Part shown: in pieces, positions 41,820 through 53,292 of the stretch
Position numbering within the stretch: the first letter of the stretch is position 1
Layout: every line of letters starts with the position of its first letter
From: Amphiscolops sp. MND2022
Lineage: Eukaryota
NCBI GenBank assembly: GCA_964187785.1
Contig: OZ076409.1
Location: 26,290,001 to 26,354,000 of the forward strand
Length of the DNA: 64,000 nucleotides
Reading direction: 5' to 3'
Notes under the pieces: generated by a model
The model's input: only the letters and a program-made list of their open reading frames with translations
The model's database searches: none
What the model was told of the DNA's origin: nothing
Made by a program: the position numbers and the translations under genes

Positions 41820-44800
41820 CTTCGCCACGACTCCAATATAACGAACTAGTATCTGTCCGCCAATACATCAGGTCGGACCCTCCAACGAAAGCCTTTCTCC
41901 AATACAATCAGCAGTTGATGGGTTATCCCTCTGTTGTCTGGCAGCAACAGATGGACAAAGCTATCATCATTACTTACAACAATACCCATTTATTCCAAAA
42001 ACCAATTCCTGCTTGGGACCCTGACTATACAACCACCTTCAATACCCGGTTCAGGCCCATTCCCCTGATCGATGATTACAATCCAACATACATCGATCCA
42101 GACTATGGCAGAGATCCCTATTGGGACAACGAGCTTTACAACCAAGATTTACTGCAATTTCAATATGTCCTAGACGATATTGACCATTATAACAGAACAG
42201 TCCACGAGAACCCTCCAATTACCCATAACAAGAAAACACGAGCACTAATCGAAAACTGGCAAATGAATGATGGTACAAACCATCCAGTGTTCCCAAACCC
42301 ATTGGGGACCGAGAATCCTGAAAACAGTGGTGAATCCACCCCACAATCATTATTAGACGAAAAACAGTTCCAAAATGTACTCATCACCAGAGATGGTGAA
42401 CCAGACTGTATACCCCTGTCAACCAAAATCAACCTCAAATGCAAGAAACGCATGCTTTATTTCCCAATGGACTTTGGGGAATTGACCATTGATGGATTAA
42501 TAGACACTGGGGCACTGTCCAGTGCAATCCCTGAAATGGACCTCCGGAAAATCCGCCTCCTATCTCCACAATCGGTTATCCGAGAAGGTCCGCCTCCGAA
42601 CTTCCAAATCATGGTCGCTAATGGGCAACTGGAAACTCCTAAGAGTACCATAGAGCTCAAATTCGAAGTTGGTGACATTGAGTTCCATGAAATCTTCTTA
42701 GTAATGGAACATTTGACATGACCGATCATTGGACTGATGTTCCTTCAAAGAAATCACACAGTTTTGGACATGAGACAAGGAATCTTGAATTTCCCGTTCT
42801 TTTCAATGCAGCTAAAAACAGCGGATGATAAATATTCAAATGTACAAGAACCAATTCTCAACCCCACCGAAATAACCATTCCGCCAAACGATAGAGTCCT
42901 AATTAGGACCAATTCCCTACTTAACCCCGAGAATGCTGTCACCGGGATACTACAACCGAGCGACCATCTCCATGAAGAAGGCGACATCACATTTTGCCCA
43001 GCTCTAGTCACTCTGAATGACGGCAATATAATGATACCAGTGAACAACTTCACAGACCACCCTTACAAACTTAAAAAGGGACTTCACATTGCCAATTTCT
43101 CCATCATGACGCCAGAACAGATGAAGTATGTCAAACCGGTAGACCCGGCATCGACCTGGCATCTTTTGCAAAACAACCAAGAGCAGGCAGCCCACTATGT
43201 CAGCAATCTTATCAAGACGAATAAAAATTTTCAAAATTCTGAAAATTACTGGTTCCCAACCCAAGAAAACCCTGGAAACCCTGAGGAACACACACCTATC
43301 CAGAAACGAATCCTCCGTGAGTTACAGGCCTTACAGGACCTGGAGACACTTGACCCCACCAAAGATAACGAATCTCGTGCGAAATTTCTAGAAAACTTCG
43401 ACTGGAAAGATTCCACCCTTACTCCTGAAGAAAAGGAGAAATTTGAAGAATTACTAGTGGAATTCCATGATATATTTGCACGACATCGATTCGATATAGG
43501 CATGAACGAGGAATTCAAGGTGAAATTGACACCTACGGACGATTCCCCAGCCTATAGCCAGAGCCTCCCAGCCCCTATCAACCTGAAGGAGGACATCTTA
43601 GTCGAATTGGCCATGTTACACAAATATGGCATAATCACCACCCTACCATTTTCGAAATATGCGAGTCCAATATTTGCACAAAAGAAACCTAACGGAAAAC
43701 TCAGACTCTTGGTTGACTTGAAAAAAATCAACAACCTCATCTCGGATGATTATATCAATAATAATCACCCCGTTAGTACACTAGTCGATGCCGCCCAACA
43801 CTTGGCAGGCAAAAAACTGTTCTGTAAATTAGACTGTTCGCAGCATACCACTGCCTGCCGATGGCTGACCAGCGTTCGATCGAAATGTTGGCTTTCAATT
43901 TTGCCAGTCGCACATTTGCATACAGACGTTTGGCACAAGGCCTTAGCCGGGCACTGTCCGCATTCTCGAGTTTCATGAAGGAATACCTCGACACAGTCAT
44001 TAAAGCGGATCAGTGTGCCCAGTATTTGGTTGATATCGGCATCGCGGCCAATGATGCTGACCACCTCATAGCGAACCTGAGAGCTACGTTCAAATGCATT
44101 CAGGAAGCAGGCCTTAAGTTAACAATGCACAAATTTCACTTCGGTGCAAAAGAAATTGATTTTCTCGGACGAACTATTACCCCACAAGGCATCAAACCCC
44201 AGAAACAGAATGTGCAAAATTTTCTGGAAAAGACCAAATTCCCGAAGTCGAAAAAGGCTTTACAACGCTATTTGGGATTCCTAAAATACTCCAGGAATTA
44301 TGTCCCAAGACTCTCCGAACGCCTTGCTCCATTCTACAAGATGCTCAAAAGTGACGGAAAGGTCCTAGTATCGAAAGAATTAGTCCAGCAATTCGAAAAA
44401 ATCAATAGAGCACTAGACAAATGTTGCGACTTGGCCCTACAGCAACCCATTCCGAACAAGCAAATTGCACTAATGACTGATGCAAGTTTTGGTGCAGCCG
44501 GGTACGCGGTCCTAATTGAAGACGACCCAAGCCAGAAATTTACATCACTCAGGAGATCGTATGCACCGGTCGCATATGGATCAAAAGCTTTCACCCCAGC
44601 ACAGATCAAGATGTCAATTTATGCCAAGGAATTCCTTGCAATTTATTTTGCATTCAAAGAATTTGGCCATATCTTCTGGGGTTCGCCCAAACCAGTCATT
44701 ATCTTAACTGACAACAAAGATGTAACACGATTTTTCCAAACGAAAATAATACCCCCAGCACTGTGGAACGCATGTGATTATGCTATTCAGTTCAATTTTG

Positions 44801-46960
44801 TCATAGAGCACATCCCGGGGGCACAAAATACAGCTGCTGACTATTTGTCCCGATTGGAAGCAGATCCGAAGGACAAATTAGTGATGAAAATTCGCGAAGA
44901 TGTACAAACACTACCGATCGAAATCAATGTCCAATCCGCAGGGGTGTCACAAGAAGAACAAATCTTCTACACCAATGACGACAATGAGACAGAAGAACAG
45001 TATTGGGCAAGAAAAGAAGCAATCAGGAAAAATCCAGCAACTGATGAGCCCACTGTTACAATACAAACTCTGTCAACAAATCTGGTCAAGCAACACCCCG
45101 ATATACAAGTCCGATTGAGGAAGACGAACCAGATCATTATCGAGCAATCCAAAGATGCGGTACTACAGCAATTGAAAGCGAAACTGCTTCATGAAGAGTA
45201 TTCAGAAAATCTACTGCATCAGGATGCCCGATACAGGCACTATGCAAACAATCTGGAACGAATTGTACTAAAGGACGAAATCCTGACAAGGCAATACTTT
45301 GACGAAACAGGGAATGTTAAATACCATCAAATTCTGCTCCCGCAACACTTACTCCAGGAACTGCTTCAGTCTCTTCACGGGACAGCGCATAGACATCCTG
45401 GCATTTCAAAAGTGTTGCAGGAAATTCGACAAAGGTATTACTACCCTAGCATGGCTAAACACGTCAAAAATGGGTAGAGGGGTGTGAGGAATGCGCAAGA
45501 GACAAGCGAGTCCCCAACGCAACAATTACGCCTGAATTACTCAACTTGCCCGAATAAACCTTGGACCTGAAGACGCCATGCAAATCGACCTATTGCCGAA
45601 TCTTCCCCCAAGTGGAGGGTTTGAAAATGTCCTAACAACAATTGACGTATTTCCCAGATATTTGTTCGCCTTTCCTCTTACGGACGCATCAGCGATCAAC
45701 GTAGCAAAAGCGCTCATTGACATTATGACCAAGCATGCATACTTACCGTCAACACTTATCACTGACAAGGGTACTGCATTTACTTCCACGATCATTGCGG
45801 AAATTTAGCAAATTTTGGGCATAACACTCAAATGTGCAACAACAAAACACCCACAAACAATTGGGAAATTGGAGCGGACCCATGCCTCACTGAAAACAAA
45901 CCTCAAAACGGCATGTGGAGAATACCGCCGACAATGGCACAAATACTTGCCACTAGCAGTACTAAATCACAATACCAGTTACCATGCCAGCATCGGTTGT
46001 GAGCCGACGAGAGTATTTCATGGAAGAATTCCATATAATATCTTGGATCACAAGCTTGGAAATAATCCAAACGAGCAAGTCAACCCAACAACCGAATTCG
46101 CTGAAGAAATCCAAAAACGGACAAACATCTTGATCGACAAGACGAAGCACAATATCATGCAGTCGTACATCAAGTACAAAGAATACTATGACCGTAAGGC
46201 AAAAGCCGCCCCATTAATAGAGAATGAATACTGTTTTGTCTTACAACCGAAAGCAGATCATCAAGGATCAAAAATTCCATTCCGAGATTATCGTTGGGTT
46301 GGACCATTTATAGTCCAACAGGCTTTACCTAACGAAAATTACATTGTTAGACGAATAAAAACAAACAAGACTCAAATCTTGCATCGGATTCGCCTTAAAA
46401 AGTTTGTCCCCAATCAACCGCTTGAGGACAATTTCCGGGAACAGCGGTTACAGCCAGACGAGGAAATTATCATTCCGCAAGATGATTTATACGTCATAAC
46501 GTGGGAAACCGACTTTGGAGGGCAGCTAGTTACACGAGGCAACGAACCTATTCCGACTAGCATGCCGAACGGCGAACGGCCGAATGCGGCAGAACCGATT
46601 CAAAATGACGTAGACGAGAAAGAAGCGGGTCAAATAATCACGCGAGAAGAATTAAACAACGACAATGCGGCGCACAGCCAGAACGACTGCTTAAGTGATG
46701 ACGTCACTAAAAGAAATGAAGCTACCGAAGTGACAGGAAATGAAGAATCTGACTGGCCGAATCCGGCCGTTCCCCCAAGAAACCAAGAAAAATCTTCGCC
46801 GAATACGGCAGATAGACCGGAAAACGATGAAATTTTTTCAGAAAGAAATTCGATGAATGAAAACGATACACAAAATTCTCCAAACAGGTGGGATGATATA
46901 ATCTCAGGCCTAACCCCAACCCAAACTACTCAGAAGACTTCAGATATTAGAAAAGACTAA
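41810..46960 (+). pseudogene. pol: Pol polyprotein (protease, RT, RNase H, integrase), disrupted
   Basis: LIDTGA protease; RT (ASPIF, LRLLVD, KLD; catalytic motif reads YLVD); RNase H (TDAS, KEFLAI, TDNK); integrase (H..HPG..C..C, QIDL, TDKG, ERTH). Stops at 42719, 45555 and 45806; frameshifts near 43850 and 45470. Confidence 0.92.
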
Positions 46961-47186
46961 ATTCGGCCCAGAAGACGAGCTTGAATTTTACTCTTTCTTT
47001 TCTTTTAGTTTTTCTTTTTCTCAAAGTCCCATGAGGATACTTTCGAATAAATAATGGGACACAAAGCAAACCCCTTTTCAAGTGGATAATATAGGGGCAC
47101 AGATATGAAATCATAACAAACAAATACAGAATCAGAAAATCAAGAAAGAATACAGTTTCGACTTGTACATAAATACACATGTACAA

Positions 47187-50100
47187 TTAAACATTAGACG
47201 ATCCGGACACAGACTCGCTGAGGACGGATGAGGAACGGGAACGAGCAGCTCTCTTCTCTGTACGTTTGCGCTTACTGCTACTAGGCACCTTCAATGCCGC
47301 ATCATCCAGGACTGAGGACGTATCGTTGACTTCCAATTGAGCAGACCCATCTGAAGACTCCGAAACTGCGGAACGATAGGAAGACAGAAGCGACTTGTAT
47401 ATTTTTGTCCGCCCAAAGACATCAACTGTCTCCCAAGGGTAATAATTGGGCGAAAAAGCAGACGACCCAAAAGAGGCAGAAAGAAGGGAGAAACTAGTGA
47501 GATTAGATTCGCTGGTACACCTCGCTACAGAATCAGGAACACCGATCAAATAACTCTGGATGGGGAGAACGACGTCAATGAAGCGACCCCGCTGTCCAGA
47601 AGTATCAACCCTCCCCACTTTCACAACTGGAAATTCAGGACTCACAGTGGTAACGCACAGGCAACACAACTTGAATAAATGGAGGAGATGCTCTCGTGTC
47701 TGCAGGAAATCAAGGTTTATCAAAAAGTCTATGAGGTCTTTAGCCTCTTCTGTAACTTCGAGTCCGCCAGAGTATTTAGCGCGAAGGTAGTCAATCAGTT
47801 CGACATATTGGTCTCTGCATGCCGCTTCGACTGAGGCACTGATCCAAGAGCGGCGCTGGAACGAACTGAAGAGGATGTCAAAATGTCGGAGTGCTACCTC
47901 GGTAGGACGTTTGACCATGATATGCGGGTCAAAAGCAGCCAGCCCCTTGATGATGTTAGAACTGAGCCCAGCCTGTCGTTGTACTTCACTAAGCAAATGC
48001 TTAAGATAGGACATGGCATCCTGGACGAACTCGGCCTTAATAGTCTCAGCAGTCTTTTGGACTAGGGCCCGATCCGACCGTTTTCCAGAATGGACTCCTT
48101 CAGCCTTTCGCTTGCAAGCGGAGGTAACTTTGTTGGTCATGTTGAGCCGGACGAGAAATTCCCCAGCCGCCATGAGGGTTCCGTCACCTACTTGGAATCC
48201 CAGGAGGAGGAACCAGGCACTTGGTAATTGGACTGAATCGCTAGTGAAACATCTGAAGCACAGCTGGTAGATGAATTTGGAAGCCTCCCCACAGAGCAAA
48301 AATGATGCATCACGCCAGTGTTGAGCGTTGATAGTGAAGCTAGTGTTATCTAGGAAAAAGAAATTGGTACAACTTAAAGCGGAGGACTCGACCAAAGTTG
48401 ATCGAAGCAAACTAACACTCACTAACGATCCGGCAAAAGAGTTCCAGCTTGACGAGAATGAAGTCGTCACAAATCAGTCCCCACTCAAAACTTTGCACCT
48501 GTAATAAGACTTGGTATTATTACAATAAAGCTGAAAAGGGGCGGGGGATTATCCCCGTCTATATACCTCAAGCAACTCCTAATCAACATATATTTGAAGG
48601 AAATAAAGATTTGGTCACCCACCCGAATACGAACTCCTTGACCTTGTTGCTGTGGCACGTGCGTCGTCAAGTAACTCGTCACTGGTTTCCATTCCTCAAT
48701 CAGCTCCTGACAAAGGGTCGGTAAAGTGGAAAGCTCCAATTTGCAGCTGGAAATCGCCTGGGAAAGAAGATCACAACTTAGAATCGGGCGACTAAGAAGA
48801 TTCTCCCTACTTAGTCAACATCTCACTAACTATGTCTGTAACCCTAGAAAGATAAACGTTGTTTACCTGGGCTAGCTCAGGGCTTCGCGGATACCAATCT
48901 TCGGAGTGTGACCCGCCAAGGGAGATGACTAGACCGCGCAAGACCGAGAAAAAGTCTATGTGACCAAAGACGCTGTAACTGGTTTTATGCATCATCTTGG
49001 ACAGGTTCAGTTGGTCGAAGCGGAAGCAACTTTGCACAGCCCGGGAAAAGAGGGAGGAATAATCAACTGTGCGAAGAAGGTCAACGGAGCTTCCAGAACA
49101 TGCCACTATGTCGGCGTTGGTGGAGACAACTGACAAGAGTCGGGACAATGACCCCAACTCACCGGTCAGATCTGTAGCAGGCAGCTGACTCCTGCAGATG
49201 AGGACTCTGTGAAGATTTTGGACTTCCCAATAGCGTACTGTCATGTACCGATTAGGGCCCCTGTCCTCAAACTCGATAGCGAAGCACTGCTCAGCTGTAA
49301 TTTGCTCTGCCAAGTGACTCATAGTGCATTTGAAGATGTGTTGGAAAATAGCCTGAAACGGACAAGTAAATTTAGCAACCGGGTTAATTATATGGACGTA
49401 CTTGGTTGACCTATAAAAAGGAGTTTACCGTGATGCGTTCTTCCGACCAATCGAAATCGCACAAGCTGGCTTGGTAGTCAGTGTGGGAACTGACTCTCGA
49501 CCACAGATTCTTCAACAATGAGAAGTCTCCTTGGGATTGCAGGAAGTCTCCTACGATGGACAGCTGTAACTTCGCTCGCGAATCAGGAGTGACTATGGCA
49601 GTAGGCCGCCCCTGCATGAAGTCATCATAGAAGGGAAACCTCTCTCCTACGTCCACAAGATCAGTATGAATGAACTTCGGCAATTCCTTGGCAAGTTCGA
49701 TTGCGGTCAACACCTTCCCATTTTGGCCTCGAACCCGGTGCCGTACCTTCCCGCTGACAGGGTCCACACTCTTGAGGTGTTCGTACCTCCATCGCTGGTC
49801 ACGCCGCAAGTGCCTCTCTGAACGGTGGTGGCGCAAGATTTCAAAAGCACTCTTTGACCGAATCGAGAAGTTCTTCTTGCACATATGGCACCAAACCATA
49901 TGCGGGTTATGGACAGGATCAGCGGGCCCAGAGATAAAGGATCGGGTCCACCCGATCTTGGCGAAGAACTCTTCTCGCATTGGGACCCCTCGACTGGCAA
50001 GTCTTCTCGATCTGTTCGGGAGTTTGTGTCTAGCGGGACTTTTCGCCTTGGTCCCTCGTGCTTGCTCTTGGAGTTCCAAAAGAGTAGTATCCTGACTGCT

Positions 50101-51659
50101 GGGGTCAGTGGTCTCGCCTATGACCGTAGTACATGAATGAGCAACTCTGTCCTTTCCTTGGGACGATGGGGCAAGTTGGGAGTCACCACCTAAGGTCGCT
50201 GAAATTAAGGCCATTTCAGTAGCGCTGTCTGATTCCCCTTCAAAAGAAGAACCCCCTGTGTCACCTGCACTGGTAGGAGTTAGGGCTCTAGAGTCTGCAC
50301 TTGAATCGTATTCAGCCTCCGAAGAACTCTGGTCACCTTGGTCCCACCGACCTGGAGTCTCTGCCCTGTTCTTGATGAGGAAGTGAGATATCTTGGACGG
50401 CGCGACGGTGGGTTTACCCTTAACGGCATCAACGACCATTTTCTCCATTGTAGAGTAGGACAATCGAAGGGTTTCATCACTTAAGACTCGCAACAAGTGG
50501 TACATCTGTGCCTCTGGAAACGCCACAGTGGGGTGACCTAATGGAAGGGTGAATGGTTTGGCGTCAGCAAAGTACGTCTTTAAGATGACTCGGCTTCGAC
50601 CAGTCAATTGTGGGAGTTGGTCGTCAGGCCCTCGGGAACTGGAAGGCTTGCCAGGATCCATGTTGTCGTGACCTGGTCCTGACTCGTCGCCGGCTTCAGT
50701 CCCGGATTCAGATCCAAAGGGGACAGAGCTATAAAGTGCTGGCCCATCTTCATGACCCGTGTCGTCACTGGCCTTCTCACTCTCAGTCGGGTCATCTGTC
50801 AAGAAGTGGACTTTCGGGTTGTCTTTCGGCAGCCCTGGGAAATCGCAAGTGGAGGACGTGTTATCTCCTTCATTCCGTTCTTGTAATCCTGTAATGCCCC
50901 CTGACTCTAGTAAGGGAACTGGGACGAGAACTGGCAGGTCAGACTGTGATCCGATAACGACGTCAAGGGCAGTCTCAAGGTGTGACAGGTTGGTTGACGG
51001 CTCAACTGTCTCGGCATTGAGTGTCGGAGTACTTGACCTCGGGAAGGGCAAATTTAAGTTGTTTTCTGGAGCTCGCTGAACAGAGGCAGTGTCGAGGGCC
51101 GTGCCAACTGTGCTACTTGTCTCAACAACGAGACTAGCCTGTGCCTTTTCCAGTCGCTGGACTATCTCATCAGCATAAGAAGTAACTTCTGTGTTATTAT
51201 CCGGGCTATAAAGGAGAGCCACGTCCTCGGCCTGAACGCGAGAAAATGAAGAAACCAGTGGAAGAAAAGGTGGAGGAGACGGAACAGAGGGTTGGACTGG
51301 GTCAGAACTAGAGGAGTGACTGGCTACTTGAGTTAGTACAGCAGAGAGATTCGAGACAGCGTTGGCTGAGGCTTGTAACTCATCTTCACTCTGGTTTGCT
51401 AAACAGAAAGAAATGAAATTCGGCGGTGTGCTTCCTTGGAAAAAATCCATCGCTTTAGAAATCTTCCGGAAGTGTTTGAAAATTTGAATAGACATGTTAT
51501 CACGTGTCCTCTGATGGAAACAGGAAGCAGTTTACGAACAAAGTTAACCTTGATCACGTTAATTAGTTCAAAATACGATTACTCAAACCAACCTGTGTTG
51601 ACAATCTCTCGGTTTTGAAGTCCTTGCTCCTCTGGAAAGAGTCCCTGTTGGTCCGACAT
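47187..51659 (-). CDS. Spliced antisense cargo gene, ~1298 aa, BED-like zinc finger / hAT-transposase-like protein
   Basis: Exons 51659-51593, 51398-49429, 49352-48867, 48757-48623, 48498-48423 and 48349-47187 join through GT-AG introns into 3897 nt with no stop. WCHMCKKNFSI...EILRHHRSERH zinc finger. Exon 1 and the exact exon-5 donor are less certain. Confidence 0.78.
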
Positions 51660-52505
51660 GATCAGGTTTAGTGGCTGGATTCGGGCAAAAGAGGAAGAAG
51701 AAATGGAGGTCTTGCGTAGAGGCAATGCCGGCAACAGAACTACGGATGAATCCCAGTACCTGCAGAGATGGGAACGTAAACTGAGGAAAATGATGAAGAG
51801 AGTAAAGAACAAATAGTAGATGAATTGAATAGCGTAACAATTAAAAGGGTGAAAGTTGGAGTTCGTGGCTGAAGGAAATTATCAGACTAATATTATATGG
51901 CTATTTACATATTTAAGTTGTACATGGAGTCTGCCAGCGAAATGTACAGAGATCTTTTCATTATTTACAGCTTGTTTGATCAGTGGCCATTTACGGCCGT
52001 TTGCCCTATTCCGTTTTGCCGTTCTGTTCAGTTACCTTAGTTACCTTAGTTAGAATTTCCGCCTTTTTGGAATTATTTAGGTTTATTATTTTTGCCATTT
52101 TATTACTCATTTTCCAATTTATCAAGGCTCGATTCTGATTGGCCAAGACCATTTTGAAAACTTTGTGACGCAAGTCGTAATTGCTCTCAGGCGAGCCGTT
52201 AATTACCCACTTGAGAGGAAAATATTTGATATCAACAACTCGAGTGTTGTTCACACCCTCTTTGATGATGACTTAGATGAGGGGTATACATCAAATAACC
52301 AGAGGTCGCCAACTTGTTGAGGAATTCCATTCAGAATAGTTTACGACAAATCAGGATAATCTACCTAGGATTTAACCGCCAAATCGGAAACTTCGGGAAA
52401 AAACCCGAATTGGTCAGTTTCTTGAGTTGGTGAATTCATTCCACTTTGAAATCTTGATCAAGCTAGTCAGTCTTCCTACTCAACAAAATTGCGAAAAAGA
52501 TAATT

Positions 52506-53292
52506 ATGCAGAGATTTTATCTGACGAAAAAACTCTTCACTTTTGAAGAACAGAGCTCTGAAGAATCAACGGACTCAGTAATTTATATCTCCAGTGATAG
52601 TGAAGATGAAGTATCAAGCACTTGGGATTCAGATTGGTCCATGGACACCGAAGCCATTATTGATAGAATAGAGCGAGAAGTTAGGGCGACCCCAATTCCC
52701 ATTACTGGCCGTGCATGACAGTAGAAGATTTGGACGACGAGCCAGAAGCAGGACCTAGTGGCGCTCAACCAATCCCACCTCGCACCCCCAATTTGGGATT
52801 TGAGTATTTCAACAAGGAAATGTGCCTAGCCCCATCCAAGAAACAGAGGAATCCAAGGGTCGAGCTTTGCACTACTGTCCTACCAGTTCTAGAATCTCCG
52901 CTGTCCCCTCCTGCTCATGAAAGAGGGCCAAGTCTGGACACCCCCCTCGTTCAATCAACTGCAGGGGGCTTTTATGCTTCATATCACTTGCAGAACACGA
53001 GACCGTACCAAAATGAAAGTGAGAATTTGCATACTGGGTGTATGGTTTGCGGCAAATCAACGGACCAAATAATGCAGGAAAAATCAATTGGTACATGCAG
53101 AGATCGACGCCGGATAGTGAACCCGCCTATATCACTGCTCTTTGCCGTGAAGCCTACTCAAATGGTCTTAACGCCGGCAATTTGCTCTTCTTAACACCTG
53201 CTGTGTCGCAGGCTCCCGCCTGTGACGGTACAAAGATCACAACGACGGCGGAAGGACAAGAAATAGCTGTCGGCACTCTATCCACCTACTAG
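52506..53292 (+). pseudogene. Sense-strand accessory ORF of the Gypsy element (acidic, SIM-like motif, CxxC), two frameshifts
   Basis: Overlapping ORFs 52506-52718, 52715-53194 and 53038-53292 chain into one plausible ~260-aa protein. The last 29 codons lie in the 3' LTR. Confidence 0.55.

Noticed and set aside
47000..52000. Independent hAT transposon nested in the Gypsy element
   Set aside because: No TIRs or 8-bp TSD seen and catalytic motifs are not evident. Not fully excluded without other copies.
47187..53292. env gene in the post-pol position
   Set aside because: No signal peptide, fusion or TM pattern in the sense ORF; the main ORF is antisense and has a nuclear-type zinc finger.
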